Assembly (NCBI GenBank): GCA_964431805.1
Contig: CAYSKV010000003.1
Location: 53,256 to 117,255 of the forward strand
Length of the DNA: 64,000 nucleotides
Source of the DNA: an uncultured Gammaproteobacteria bacterium
GTDB taxonomy: Bacteria > Patescibacteriota > Patescibacteriia > Patescibacteriales > GWC2-42-12
Reading direction: 5' to 3'
Positions within the stretch are counted from its first letter, which is position 1, and each line of letters begins with the position of its first letter. The position numbers were made by a program, and so were the translations under genes. Of the stretch, positions 38,288 through 47,693 are shown in pieces. The notes beneath the pieces were generated by a model that worked only from the letters and a program-made list of their open reading frames with translations, had not been told where the DNA came from and searched no databases.

Positions 38288-40081
38288 ATGAGTAATATTA
38301 GAAATTTTTGCATAATTGCCCATATTGATCATGGTAAATCTACTATGGCTGATCGTATGCTGGAAATTACCGGTACGATTGAAAAAAGAAAAATGAAAGA
38401 TCAGATATTGGATCGCATGGATTTAGAAAGAGAAAGAGGCATAACCATTAAATTGCAGCCAGTAAAAATGGATTATCAAGGTTATGCTTTAAATTTAATT
38501 GATACGCCGGGCCATGTTGATTTTACTTATGAAGTTTCGCGTAGCTTAGCGGCGGTTGAAGGCGCGGTATTACTCGTAGACGCGGCACAAGGTATTCAGG
38601 CGCAAACTTTGGCGAATTTATATTTAGCCTTAGAACAAGATTTAACTATTATTCCGGTAATTAACAAAATTGATTTGCCGGCCGCTAATGTAGAAAAAAC
38701 AAAAAAAGAAATTATTCAACTTTTAGGTTGTAAACCAGAAGAAATTATTTTAGCTTCAGGAAAAACCGGGCAAGGCGTGGAAGAAGTTTTGCAGGCGGTT
38801 ATAAAATATGTGCCAGAGCCGGTTATGTCTAGAGAAAAATCAAGCGATTCAACATTACGCGCTTTAATTTTTGATTCAACTTACGACGAATATCGCGGCG
38901 TGGTCGCGTATATTAGAGTTTTTGGTGGCGCTATAAAAAAAGGTGATAAAATAATACTGTTAGCTACCAAAGCTAAGAGTGAAGCGCTAGACGTAGGAAT
39001 TTTTAAACCAGAATATAAGTCTACTGGAGAATTAAAAACTGGTGAAATTGGTTATATAGTTACCGGGTTTAAAGACGTTAGCGAATGCCGGGTAGGCGAT
39101 ACAATTGCGTTTTTAAATCGTGAAAAAGAAACTGAACCGTTAAAAGGTTATAATGAAGTTAAGCCCATGGTATTTGCTGGAGTATTTCCGCATGAAGGCA
39201 ATGAGTTTGAAGAATTACGAGAAGCAATTTCAAAATTAAAATTAAATGACGCAGCCCTAATTTACGAACCTGAACATTCCGAAGCCTTAGGTTTTGGTTT
39301 TAGATGCGGATTTTTGGGTTTATTGCATTTAGAAATTTTTCAAGAACGTTTAAGTCGAGAATATAATTTAAATTTAACTGTTACCATTCCGAGTGTAGCT
39401 TATAAAGTTTATAAGAAAAATGGTGATGACGCGATTATTAGAAGTCCGCAAAAATTACCCGATCCGACGGAAATAGATAGAATTGAAGAGCCTTGGGTTA
39501 GTCTTGATATTATTGCGCCCAAAGAATATATCGGAGCGATTTTGAATTTAGTTCAAGATAAACGAGGCGTTTATAAAAATACCGAATATATTGATGAGAG
39601 CAGAGTAATTTTACATTATGAAATTCCTATGGCGGCGATTTTAACTGATTTTTATGACAAAATAAAAAGCGTTAGTTCTGGCTACGCCTCCATAAATTAC
39701 GAATTTATCGGCTATAAGCAAGCCGATGTGATAAAAATGGATATTTTAGTGGCAGAAGAAGCGGTTGAAGCATTAGCTATGATAGTTTATCGCGACGATG
39801 CTTTTAAACGAGGCAAAGATGTGGTCAATACTTTAAAAGAAACTTTACCTAAACAAATGTTCGCCATTAAATTACAGGCGGCCGTGGGCGGAAAAATTAT
39901 TGCGGCCGAAAGAATTTCCGCTATGCGTAAAGATGTAACTGCTAAATTATATGGCGGCGACGTATCGCGTAAAAGAAAATTATTAGAAAAACAGAAAAAA
40001 GGCAAAAAGAAAATGGAGGCGCACGGCAAAGGTAGAGTTGAAATTCCTAGCGATGTTTTTGTAAAATTATTAAAAAAATAA
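38288..40081 (+). CDS. lepA: Elongation factor 4
   Basis: IRNFCIIAHIDHGKST, ERERGITIK, GFRCGFLGLLH, KLYGGDVSRK. Confidence 0.98.
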   Translation: MSNIRNFCIIAHIDHGKSTMADRMLEITGTIEKRKMKDQILDRMDLERERGITIKLQPVKMDYQGYALNLIDTPGHVDFTYEVSRSLAAVEGAVLLVDAAQGIQAQTLANLYLALEQDLTIIPVINKIDLPAANVEKTKKEIIQLLGCKPEEIILASGKTGQGVEEVLQAVIKYVPEPVMSREKSSDSTLRALIFDSTYDEYRGVVAYIRVFGGAIKKGDKIILLATKAKSEALDVGIFKPEYKSTGELKTGEIGYIVTGFKDVSECRVGDTIAFLNREKETEPLKGYNEVKPMVFAGVFPHEGNEFEELREAISKLKLNDAALIYEPEHSEALGFGFRCGFLGLLHLEIFQERLSREYNLNLTVTIPSVAYKVYKKNGDDAIIRSPQKLPDPTEIDRIEEPWVSLDIIAPKEYIGAILNLVQDKRGVYKNTEYIDESRVILHYEIPMAAILTDFYDKIKSVSSGYASINYEFIGYKQADVIKMDILVAEEAVEALAMIVYRDDAFKRGKDVVNTLKETLPKQMFAIKLQAAVGGKIIAAERISAMRKDVTAKLYGGDVSRKRKLLEKQKKGKKKMEAHGKGRVEIPSDVFVKLLKK

Positions 40082-40116
40082 AGACTTTAAAAAACTTTTT
40101 ATTTAATAAAAATAAT

Positions 40117-40212
40117 ATGAAAAGAAAATCTTTGAATAGAATAATTTGGGCTATTATTAGTATTATGGTAATTTTTTCTATGGTCGCTTGGACTATGGCC
40201 GGATTTTTTTAA
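40117..40212 (+). CDS. Small single-TM protein (31 aa, MKRKSLNRIIWAIISIMVIFSMVAWTMAGFF)
   Basis: Fills the lepA-recJ gap; basic N-terminus plus one hydrophobic helix; not in the supplied ORF track. Confidence 0.6.
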   Translation: MKRKSLNRIIWAIISIMVIFSMVAWTMAGFF

Positions 40213-40222
40213 TTATTAAATT

Positions 40223-41953
40223 ATGGCTAATAGATGGGAACTTAAATCTGTTGCTGCAAATGATTTTATTAAAAAAAATCCTGAATATAACAAGATTATA
40301 CTTCAGTTGCTTTTTAATAGGCGATTAATAAATAAAGAAGAAATTAAATCGTTTTTTCAACCAGATGAAATTGGCTTGTCCGATCCATTTTTATTAAAGA
40401 ATATGGAAGCAGCAGCCATTTTAACAATTAAAAATATTAAAGAGCAAAATTTAATAGCTGTTTGCGGTGATTACGATACTGATGGCGTAACGGCCACGGC
40501 CGCTTTAATCGAAATTTTAAAAATTTTTAAAGCTAAAACAAGTGTTTTTATCCCCGGCAGAACTAGCGGAGGATATGGTTTAAATAAAAAAGCGATTGAT
40601 GAATTGGCTAAAAATGGAGCTAAATTAATAATTACGGTTGATAATGGTATTCGTAGTAAAGAAGAAGTAATTTATGCTAAAAAATTGGGATTAGATGTAA
40701 TTATTACTGATCATCATGAACCGCCGCTAGATAAAAATGATTGGCCGGATTGTTTAATTATTAATCCTAAAGCTGAAGATTATTCTTATAAAAGTTTAGC
40801 CGGTGTGGGTGTGGCTTTTAAATTTATCCAAGGTTTAATTAAACTTTCTAAATTAAACGAACAATTGAAAAATAAATTAGCGGAAAAAGTTTTGGATTTA
40901 GTAGCTATTGGCACGGTGGCTGATATGGTGAGTTTGCTTGGAGAAAACAGAACGTTGGTTAGTCAAGGCTTAAAAGTAATAAATCAAGGAAAACGGCTTG
41001 GTATAGCTGAGTTGATAAAAGTAGCGCAAACTAACGGTAATTTAAATAAAAAAGTAAATTCATTTCATATTGGTTGGCAAATTTCCCCAAGATTAAATTC
41101 AGCCGGCCGCATGGATCATGCTAATACGGCCTATGAACTTTTAATTACTAAGGATAAAACCGAAGCGCAAACTATCGCTAAAAAATTAAACGTAAAAAAT
41201 AGCGAAAGACAAAAAATAACTGAAGAAATAACCGCTTATTGCTGTGAAATTATTGAAAAAAGAATGCTTAATGATAAAATGTTGGCCGTTTGTTCGCCTA
41301 ATATTGAAGATGATTCGGCCGAAGGTTGGCAGGAAGGTGTGGTTGGGTTAGTGGCTGGACGATTATGTGAAAAATACGCTAGACCAGTCTTAGTGATTAC
41401 TAAAACAAAAAATGAAATAAAAGGTTCGGGCAGAAGTATTGATGAATTTAATATTATGAAAGCGGTTGAAGGTTCAAGTGAATTTTTAGAAAAATTTGGC
41501 GGGCATGCGGCAGCCTGTGGGTTTACTTTAAAAAGTAAAAAAGATTTAGATGGTTTTATAAAACAAACTAAGAAAATTGCTAATCAGGCTTTAGCTAAAA
41601 TTGAATTATCATCTAAAATTTTAATTGAAGCAGAGATCGATTTATTAGATATTAATGACGAATTATTAGAAGCTTTAGAGAAGTTTGAGCCATATGGAGA
41701 AGATAACGATAAGCCAAAATTTTTAAGTAGAGGTTTAAAAATAATGGATAAAGTAAATATGGGAGCTGATGCTCAACATATTAAATTTAGATTTGATTCA
41801 ATCTGGGCGGTAGCTTTTAGCCAAGCGGAAAATTTAAAAGATTTTAAAATAGGCGATGAAGTTGACGTAGTTTATTATTTAGAATTTAATGAATTTAATG
41901 GTCGGCGTACGGCGCAAATGAAAATTGTAGATATAAAATTAAATAAAAAATAA
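40223..41953 (+). CDS. recJ: Single-stranded DNA exonuclease
   Basis: GDYDTDG, GYGL, TVDNG, TDHH, PRLNSAGR, GSGRS, GGHAAACG. Confidence 0.97.
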   Translation: MANRWELKSVAANDFIKKNPEYNKIILQLLFNRRLINKEEIKSFFQPDEIGLSDPFLLKNMEAAAILTIKNIKEQNLIAVCGDYDTDGVTATAALIEILKIFKAKTSVFIPGRTSGGYGLNKKAIDELAKNGAKLIITVDNGIRSKEEVIYAKKLGLDVIITDHHEPPLDKNDWPDCLIINPKAEDYSYKSLAGVGVAFKFIQGLIKLSKLNEQLKNKLAEKVLDLVAIGTVADMVSLLGENRTLVSQGLKVINQGKRLGIAELIKVAQTNGNLNKKVNSFHIGWQISPRLNSAGRMDHANTAYELLITKDKTEAQTIAKKLNVKNSERQKITEEITAYCCEIIEKRMLNDKMLAVCSPNIEDDSAEGWQEGVVGLVAGRLCEKYARPVLVITKTKNEIKGSGRSIDEFNIMKAVEGSSEFLEKFGGHAAACGFTLKSKKDLDGFIKQTKKIANQALAKIELSSKILIEAEIDLLDINDELLEALEKFEPYGEDNDKPKFLSRGLKIMDKVNMGADAQHIKFRFDSIWAVAFSQAENLKDFKIGDEVDVVYYLEFNEFNGRRTAQMKIVDIKLNKK

Positions 41954-41955
41954 TT

Positions 41956-42369
41956 ATGAAATATGAAAAATTAAAACTTTTTACTGACGGCGGAGCGCGT
42001 GGTAACCCTGGGCCGGCCGGAATCGGCGCGGTAATTTTTGATGAAAAGGGAAATGTTGTAGCCGAAATTTCTGAATATATTGGTGAAACCACAAACAACC
42101 AAGCCGAGTATAAAGCTTTAATTGCTGGCCTAACAAAAGCTAAAGAACTGGGGGCGAGCGAGCTTGAAGTATTTTTAGATTCAGAACTCGTAGTAAAGCA
42201 ATTAAACCGAGAATATCGGGTTAAAGATAAAGACCTTGCGCCTTTATTTGTCCAAGTGTATAATACTTCATTAAGTTTTAAAAAGATTATTTTTAAGCAT
42301 ATTTTTAGAGAAAAGAATGAATTAGCCGATAAATTAGTTAATCAAGCCTTAGATAAGGCTGGTAAATAA
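41956..42369 (+). CDS. rnhA: Ribonuclease HI family protein
   Basis: TDGGARGNPG, TNNQAEY, DSELVVKQ, NELADKL. Confidence 0.92.
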   Translation: MKYEKLKLFTDGGARGNPGPAGIGAVIFDEKGNVVAEISEYIGETTNNQAEYKALIAGLTKAKELGASELEVFLDSELVVKQLNREYRVKDKDLAPLFVQVYNTSLSFKKIIFKHIFREKNELADKLVNQALDKAGK

Positions 42370-42373
42370 TTAA

Positions 42374-42447
42374 GGACGCATGGCTCAGTTGGTTAGAGCG
42401 CTCCGTTCACATCGGAGAGGTCGAAGGTCCGAGTCCTTCTGCGTCCA
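42374..42447 (+). tRNA. tRNA-Val(CAC)
   Basis: Acceptor GGACGCA/TGCGTCC; anticodon arm CTCCG-TTCACAT-CGGAG; T-loop TCCGAGT. Confidence 0.95.
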
Positions 42448-42503
42448 CAATTGAATTTAATAATTTAAACAATAAATTTAATGAACGCTTAGGAGGATTG
42501 AAG

Positions 42504-42629
42504 ATGAAAACAAAATGCAGTTGTGCTAATGAACATTGTTGTCATAAGAAAGTTAAAAGAAAAACGATATTCGATAAAAAAGCGGAAGAAAATTTATTAG
42601 GGAAACCTGTGCTGCTCCCGATTGTCTAA
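42504..42629 (+). CDS. Short Cys-rich ORF (41 aa), possibly a frameshifted remnant
   Basis: AGGAGG RBS; MKTKCSCANEHCCHKK...; an alternative frame continues ETCAAPDCLKH. Confidence 0.35.
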   Translation: MKTKCSCANEHCCHKKVKRKTIFDKKAEENLLGKPVLLPIV

Positions 42630-42695
42630 AGCATTTGGGAGATGGGTTGTTGAATTAATCGGTCTTTTTAAATTTATTTTTAGGGGGAATAAATT

Positions 42696-43013
42696 ATGAA
42701 GAATGATAAATCCGGAGGCTTTTATTTTGTTTTGTCAATTTTTTTGTTAGGTTTTTTAGGAACAGCTGCTATTATTCTTTATCAGAACCAGATCGTTTTG
42801 CCAAGAGTAAGAGTTTTTCTGTTCGTCGGTTTTGACGAAGTAGCCAGCCGGTTAGCGATATATAAATGGCTATCTGGTGTAGTAGCGATTTATTTTTTAT
42901 TTTTTTTGTTTTATAGCAGATACGCAAAAAATAAAAAATTGCGCGAAGAAAGGTTGTCCGAAAAATTTTTACATGAGCAATCAGAAAGAGAGGGGGGAAT
43001 TCTGGAAGCATGA
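42696..43013 (+). CDS. Hypothetical 2-TM protein
   Basis: AGGGGG RBS; two hydrophobic segments. Confidence 0.55.
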   Translation: MKNDKSGGFYFVLSIFLLGFLGTAAIILYQNQIVLPRVRVFLFVGFDEVASRLAIYKWLSGVVAIYFLFFLFYSRYAKNKKLREERLSEKFLHEQSEREGGILEA

Positions 43014-43165
43014 TAGAAATAATAAATCAAATAGTCGCTTGGTCTAACGGACATATGGTCAATATAATTGTCGCCATCGTGGCAGTAGGTTTTTTCCTTA
43101 TCCATGTTTATGATATAGGCGGCGGGAACGTAAAGGCATAGTTATACTTAGTTAAGGGGTGGAAT

Positions 43166-43351
43166 ATGAGGTGCCGAAAAATAATAGATGCCAGCGAGTC
43201 TTTAAAAGGGCGGGGCTTTAAAATACCTGACAAAGAGACTTTACGCCATCAGGATGAAATGCGCGCCGGAGAAGAAATTCTTCGAAGAAGAGGAACTCAA
43301 TTTGGTATACATCTTTCCCTGGATTATTTATTTAGGAGAGGGCGGGGATAA
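43166..43351 (+). CDS. Hypothetical small basic protein
   Basis: AAGGGGTG RBS; followed by a terminator. Confidence 0.4.
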   Translation: MRCRKIIDASESLKGRGFKIPDKETLRHQDEMRAGEEILRRRGTQFGIHLSLDYLFRRGRG

Positions 43352-43360
43352 TTAAATTGT

Positions 43361-43398
43361 TAAGCTACGATTGATTTTGAGTCGTAGCTTTTTTATTT
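43361..43398 (+). terminator. Rho-independent terminator
   Basis: AAGCTACGATT...AGTCGTAGCTT followed by Ts. Confidence 0.75.
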
Positions 43399-43460
43399 GA
43401 CTTTTTTTCCATTTAATGGTAATATTTTTATATAATTTGTTCCTTATATTTTACTAATAT

Positions 43461-43846
43461 CAAGGTAAGCGGATGATTGCTTTGATTTTTATCAAAGAGG
43501 AAAGTCCGGACTCCAAAAGTACTTTTGTACTGGAAAGCGGCAATGGATAACGTCCATCAAGAGTAATCTTAGGGAAAGTGCCACAGAGACAATACTAGTC
43601 TGCCTTTTGGGCGGATGAAAGGTGAAAAGTTACGCAGTGTTTAAGTTATGTAAGGATATCCAAATAACTTAGGCTAGGCGTATTCTGCGCTGGTGACAGC
43701 GTTAGACGGCAAACCCTGCCTGGAGCAAGAGCAAACTACACCGCATTTTGCGATGTAATGAAAAGTAGCTCGCTTGACCGTAGCGGTAACGCTAAGGCTA
43801 GATAGATAATCATTTAGACAGAATCCGGCTTATAGCTTGCCTTGAT
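43461..43846 (+). ncRNA. rnpB: RNase P RNA
   Basis: GAGGAAAGTCCGGACTC, GGAAAGTGCCACAGA, GCAAACCC, GAGCAAG, ACAGAATCCGGCTTA; long P1 helix; TTGACT-N17-TAATAT promoter at 43397-43425. Confidence 0.97.
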
Positions 43847-43865
43847 ATTAGTGAAATATAACTCA

Positions 43866-43893
43866 TATAACACGCAGTTGCGTGTTATATTTT
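43866..43893 (+). terminator. Terminator after rnpB
   Basis: ATATAACACGCA-GT-TGCGTGTTATAT followed by Ts. Confidence 0.75.
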
Positions 43894-43901
43894 AGTAATT
43901 T

Positions 43902-45323
43902 ATGAAACAAAGCGAATTATTTTTTTCATTTTTACTGGTACCATTAGATTTTTTAATGATTATTTTTGCTGGCATCTCAGCTTATTATTTGCGTTTTGCC
44001 AGCGTAGCAACTGAAATTAGACCGGTGATTTTTAATTTACCATTTAGTGATTATTTTCAGATTTTATTATTAATTGCTGTGGCCTGGGTAATTATTTTTG
44101 CTTTTGCTGGTTTATATAGCATAAAAAGTTCTCGTCGTTTAACCACAGAAATTTATCGAGTGATTTTAGCTTGCTCAACCGGTCTAATGTTAATAGTAAT
44201 TATGATTTTTGCTTTTAGGGAATTATTTTCCTCTCGTTTTATAGTTTTGGCTGGTTGGCTTTTAGCTATAATTTATATAAGTTTTGCCAGAATGATTGTT
44301 AGGTTGATTCAGAGAATTTTATTAAGATATGGCATTGGTATTCATAAAATTGTTTTAGTAGGCGATAGCAATACTGCCGACGCTTTAATTTATGAATTTT
44401 CTAGCAGAAAAAATTCAGGCTATGAGATTGTAAAACGATTGAAGAATTTTAGTTTAGAGGCAATGGATGATTTAACTGAATTTATGAAGACCTGCAAGGT
44501 TGATGAAATTATGCAAAGCGATCCTAATTTAAGCAAAGCTGAAGTAATCAGGCTATTTGATTTTGCCGATGAAAATCATATTATTTTTAAATACGCTGCT
44601 GATTTGTTAGGAGCTAAAGTATTAAAAACTGAAGTTTCTGAAATTGCTGGTATCCCGGTAGTTGAAGTAAAAAAGACGCCGCTTGAAGGCTGGGGCAGAA
44701 TTACTAAAAGAATTTTTGATATTATATTTTCTTTATTTTTTATAATAATTTTTAGTCCGATTCTTATTGTTGCCGCTATTATGGTTAAATTGGATTCTCG
44801 CGGTCCGATTATTTATAAAAATGAACGAGTTCTAAAAAATGGCACCTTTAAATTGTTTAAATTTAGATCAATGATTTATCAATATTGTGTAGGCGATGAT
44901 TATGGCAATGACCAGGCATTAGAGTTAGAAAAAAAATTAATTGAAGAAAAAAGTATTAAGGCCGGCCCGGTTTATAAAATTGCCGATGATCCGCGTTTAA
45001 CTAAAGTTGGTAAATTTATTAGGCGCTGGAGTATTGACGAATTACCGCAATTTTTTAATGTTTTTATAGGTGATATGAGTTTAGTCGGTCCGCGACCACA
45101 TCAACCCAGAGAAGTTGCTAAATATGAACGTCATCATAAAAAAGTTTTGTCAATTAAACCAGGGTTAACTGGTTTAGCTCAGATTTCTGGGCGTAGCGAT
45201 TTAAGTTTTGAAGATGAAGTCAAATTAGATAGTTATTATATTGAAAATTGGTCTCTAATATTTGATATTGCCATTCTACTTAGAACGCCATTGGCGGTTA
45301 TAAGAGGCAGAAAAGTAGAATAA
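43902..45323 (+). CDS. Polyprenyl-phosphate glycosyl-1-phosphate transferase (WcaJ/WbaP family)
   Basis: N-terminal TMs; KRIFDI, FKFRSM, DPRLT, SIDELPQF, MSLVGPRP, KPGLTGLAQ. Confidence 0.93.
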   Translation: MKQSELFFSFLLVPLDFLMIIFAGISAYYLRFASVATEIRPVIFNLPFSDYFQILLLIAVAWVIIFAFAGLYSIKSSRRLTTEIYRVILACSTGLMLIVIMIFAFRELFSSRFIVLAGWLLAIIYISFARMIVRLIQRILLRYGIGIHKIVLVGDSNTADALIYEFSSRKNSGYEIVKRLKNFSLEAMDDLTEFMKTCKVDEIMQSDPNLSKAEVIRLFDFADENHIIFKYAADLLGAKVLKTEVSEIAGIPVVEVKKTPLEGWGRITKRIFDIIFSLFFIIIFSPILIVAAIMVKLDSRGPIIYKNERVLKNGTFKLFKFRSMIYQYCVGDDYGNDQALELEKKLIEEKSIKAGPVYKIADDPRLTKVGKFIRRWSIDELPQFFNVFIGDMSLVGPRPHQPREVAKYERHHKKVLSIKPGLTGLAQISGRSDLSFEDEVKLDSYYIENWSLIFDIAILLRTPLAVIRGRKVE

Positions 45324-45354
45324 AATTTTAGGGCCATTAAATTTTAACTTGATA
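45321..45354 (+). repeat. Truncated family A repeat (right arm, inner hairpin deleted)
   Basis: TAAAATTTTA-G-GGCCATTAAATTTTAACTTGATA; the last 23 nt are identical to the copy 1 right arm. Confidence 0.75.
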
Positions 45355-45362
45355 AAATAAAT

Positions 45363-46469
45363 ATGAAAGTAGCTCTAATTCATGATCATTTAGCTCAAGA
45401 CGGCGGAGCAGAAAAAGTTTTAAAAGTGCTAGCGGACATGTTCCCACAAGCGCCGATTTATACTTTACTTTATGAAAAGAAAAATGCTGATAAGTATTAT
45501 CGCCATCGCCGAATTGAAACTTCTATAATTCAAAAATTACCAGGCGGCGTAAAACATTATCAGTGGTATATGCCATTCATGCCTATGGCTATAGAATTTT
45601 TTGATTTATCAAACTTTGATTTAGTGATTTCCGATTCTAGCTCATTTGCTAAAGGCGTAGTAACTTCAAGCCATGCTTTACATGTTTGTTATTGCCATAC
45701 GCCGACCCGCTATCTTTGGAGTGATACTCATCAATATATTAACGAATTAAAATATAATAAATATTTTAAGAAAGTAATCTCTTTAGTTTTAAATTATATT
45801 AGAATGTGGGACAGGCTGGCCGCGGATAGAGTTGATAAATATATTGCTAATTCCAGTTTCGTAGCTAAAAGAATAAAAAAATATTATAAACAAGAATCAA
45901 CCGTAATTTACCCTCCAGTAGAAACAGAACGATTTAAAATTGCTGAAAAAGTTGGCGATTATTTTTTAATCGGTGGTCGCTTAGCGCCCTATAAAAGAGT
46001 TGACATGGTAATTGAAGCTTGTAAAAAAACAGGCAAGAAATTAAAAGTTTACGGCGACGGGATAGATTTGGAGCGACTTAAAAAAATAGCCAAAGGTTAC
46101 CCTAATATTGAATTTTTGGGCTGGGTGGACGATACGGCTAAAGCTGAACTTTATAGCCACTCATTAGCCTTTATTTACCCCCAGGAAGAGGATTTCGGCA
46201 TTACCGCGGTTGAAGCTATGGCTTCGGGCCGTCCGGTAATCGCTTATCGTTCTGGCGGCGCTATAGAAACTGTGAAAGATGGCGAAACGGGAATATTTTT
46301 TAATGAACAAACGGTTGACAGTTTAGCCGAAGCTTTAAAGAGTTTTGATAATGCAAAATTTAATCCGATGATAATTAAGCGACACGCCGAACAATTCAGC
46401 GTAGAGAGGTTTAAAAAAGAAATTAGTAAATATATAGAAGAATCATGGGAAAATTTTAAAAATAATTAA
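45363..46469 (+). CDS. GT4 glycosyltransferase
   Basis: GGAEKV, YCHTPTRYLW, EDFGITAVEAMASG. Confidence 0.93.
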   Translation: MKVALIHDHLAQDGGAEKVLKVLADMFPQAPIYTLLYEKKNADKYYRHRRIETSIIQKLPGGVKHYQWYMPFMPMAIEFFDLSNFDLVISDSSSFAKGVVTSSHALHVCYCHTPTRYLWSDTHQYINELKYNKYFKKVISLVLNYIRMWDRLAADRVDKYIANSSFVAKRIKKYYKQESTVIYPPVETERFKIAEKVGDYFLIGGRLAPYKRVDMVIEACKKTGKKLKVYGDGIDLERLKKIAKGYPNIEFLGWVDDTAKAELYSHSLAFIYPQEEDFGITAVEAMASGRPVIAYRSGGAIETVKDGETGIFFNEQTVDSLAEALKSFDNAKFNPMIIKRHAEQFSVERFKKEISKYIEESWENFKNN

Positions 46470-47618
46470 ATGAAAGTCGGTATAGACATACGAACTCTAA
46501 TGGATGCGCAATATAGCGGCGTATCCGAATATACGTTTAATTTAATTAAGGAGATTTTAAGGCTGGATAATCTTAATGAATACCGGCTTTTTTATAATTC
46601 ATTTGGCGATTGTTTAAACATCCCAGAATTTAAAGAAAAAAATGTTAAGCTAGTTAAATATAAATATCCTAATAAAGTTTTAAATTATCTGTTTTTTAAA
46701 ATTTTTAATTATCCTAAAATAGATAAAGAACTTGAAGTTGATGTATTTTTTATGCCGCATATAAATTTTATTGGTAAATCCTCGGTTGGCAAAAGTTTAG
46801 TTACTATTCATGATTTGTCCTTTTTAAAATACTCAGAATTTTTTAGCTGGCGCAAAAATTTTTGGCATAAAATGGTTAATGTTAAAAAATTAATTAAGCG
46901 TTTTGATAGGGTAGTGGCGGTAAGCGAAAATACTAAAAAAGATATTATAGATTTATGCGGAATAAATGAAAATAAAATAGAAGTTATTTATCCAGGATTA
47001 GGGGGCGAGTTTATAAACGCAGAAATAAATAAAGATAAATTAGAAGATGTTAAAATTAAATATAATTTACCGGATAAATATATATTATATTTAGGCACGA
47101 TTGAACCGCGGAAAAATGTTGATGGCATAATTAAAGCTTATAATGAATTAAGAAATACATATAACGAGATGAAAGATTATAAATTAGTAATAGCTGGCGG
47201 CAAAGGCTGGAAGAGCAATAATATTTATAAAGAATGGGGAAAATCTGAATTTAAAAATGATATTAATTTTTTAGGTTATATAGACGGTGAAGATAAAATA
47301 TATTTATATAATTTAGCCAGCGTATTTATTTATCCTTCTTTTTATGAAGGTTTTGGTTTTCCGCCGCTTGAAGCTATGGCTTCCGGCGTGCCCGTTGTTG
47401 TTAGTTATGCCGCTAGTTTGCCTGAAGTCGCTGGCAGTGCGGCATTAATGGTTAACCCCTACAATATTAATGATATGGCGCGAGCGCTTAAAGAGATATT
47501 AACTGATGAAAATTTAAAAAATAAATTAATAAAACAAGGCTTAGAACAAGCTAAAAAGTTTAGTTGGGAAAATACGGCTAAAGAATATTTAAAAATATTC
47601 AACCATGAACCCCGTTAG
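46470..47618 (+). CDS. GT4 glycosyltransferase (mannosyltransferase-like)
   Basis: TIHDL, GTIEPRKN, YEGFGFPPLEAMASG. Confidence 0.93.
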   Translation: MKVGIDIRTLMDAQYSGVSEYTFNLIKEILRLDNLNEYRLFYNSFGDCLNIPEFKEKNVKLVKYKYPNKVLNYLFFKIFNYPKIDKELEVDVFFMPHINFIGKSSVGKSLVTIHDLSFLKYSEFFSWRKNFWHKMVNVKKLIKRFDRVVAVSENTKKDIIDLCGINENKIEVIYPGLGGEFINAEINKDKLEDVKIKYNLPDKYILYLGTIEPRKNVDGIIKAYNELRNTYNEMKDYKLVIAGGKGWKSNNIYKEWGKSEFKNDINFLGYIDGEDKIYLYNLASVFIYPSFYEGFGFPPLEAMASGVPVVVSYAASLPEVAGSAALMVNPYNINDMARALKEILTDENLKNKLIKQGLEQAKKFSWENTAKEYLKIFNHEPR

Positions 47619-47693
47619 AAATAATCGACATGACCGGGGCTATTTGTGAAAAATTATGAATGAAAAAAATAATATAATTTCTAACGGGGTGAA
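47606..47693. mobile_element. MITE-like element family B, copy 2 (80 bp, 13-bp TIR, TGAA flanks)
   Basis: TGAA-CCCCGTTAGAAAT...ATTTCTAACGGGG-TGAA; overlaps the stop of the upstream gene and the start of the downstream gene. Confidence 0.7.
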
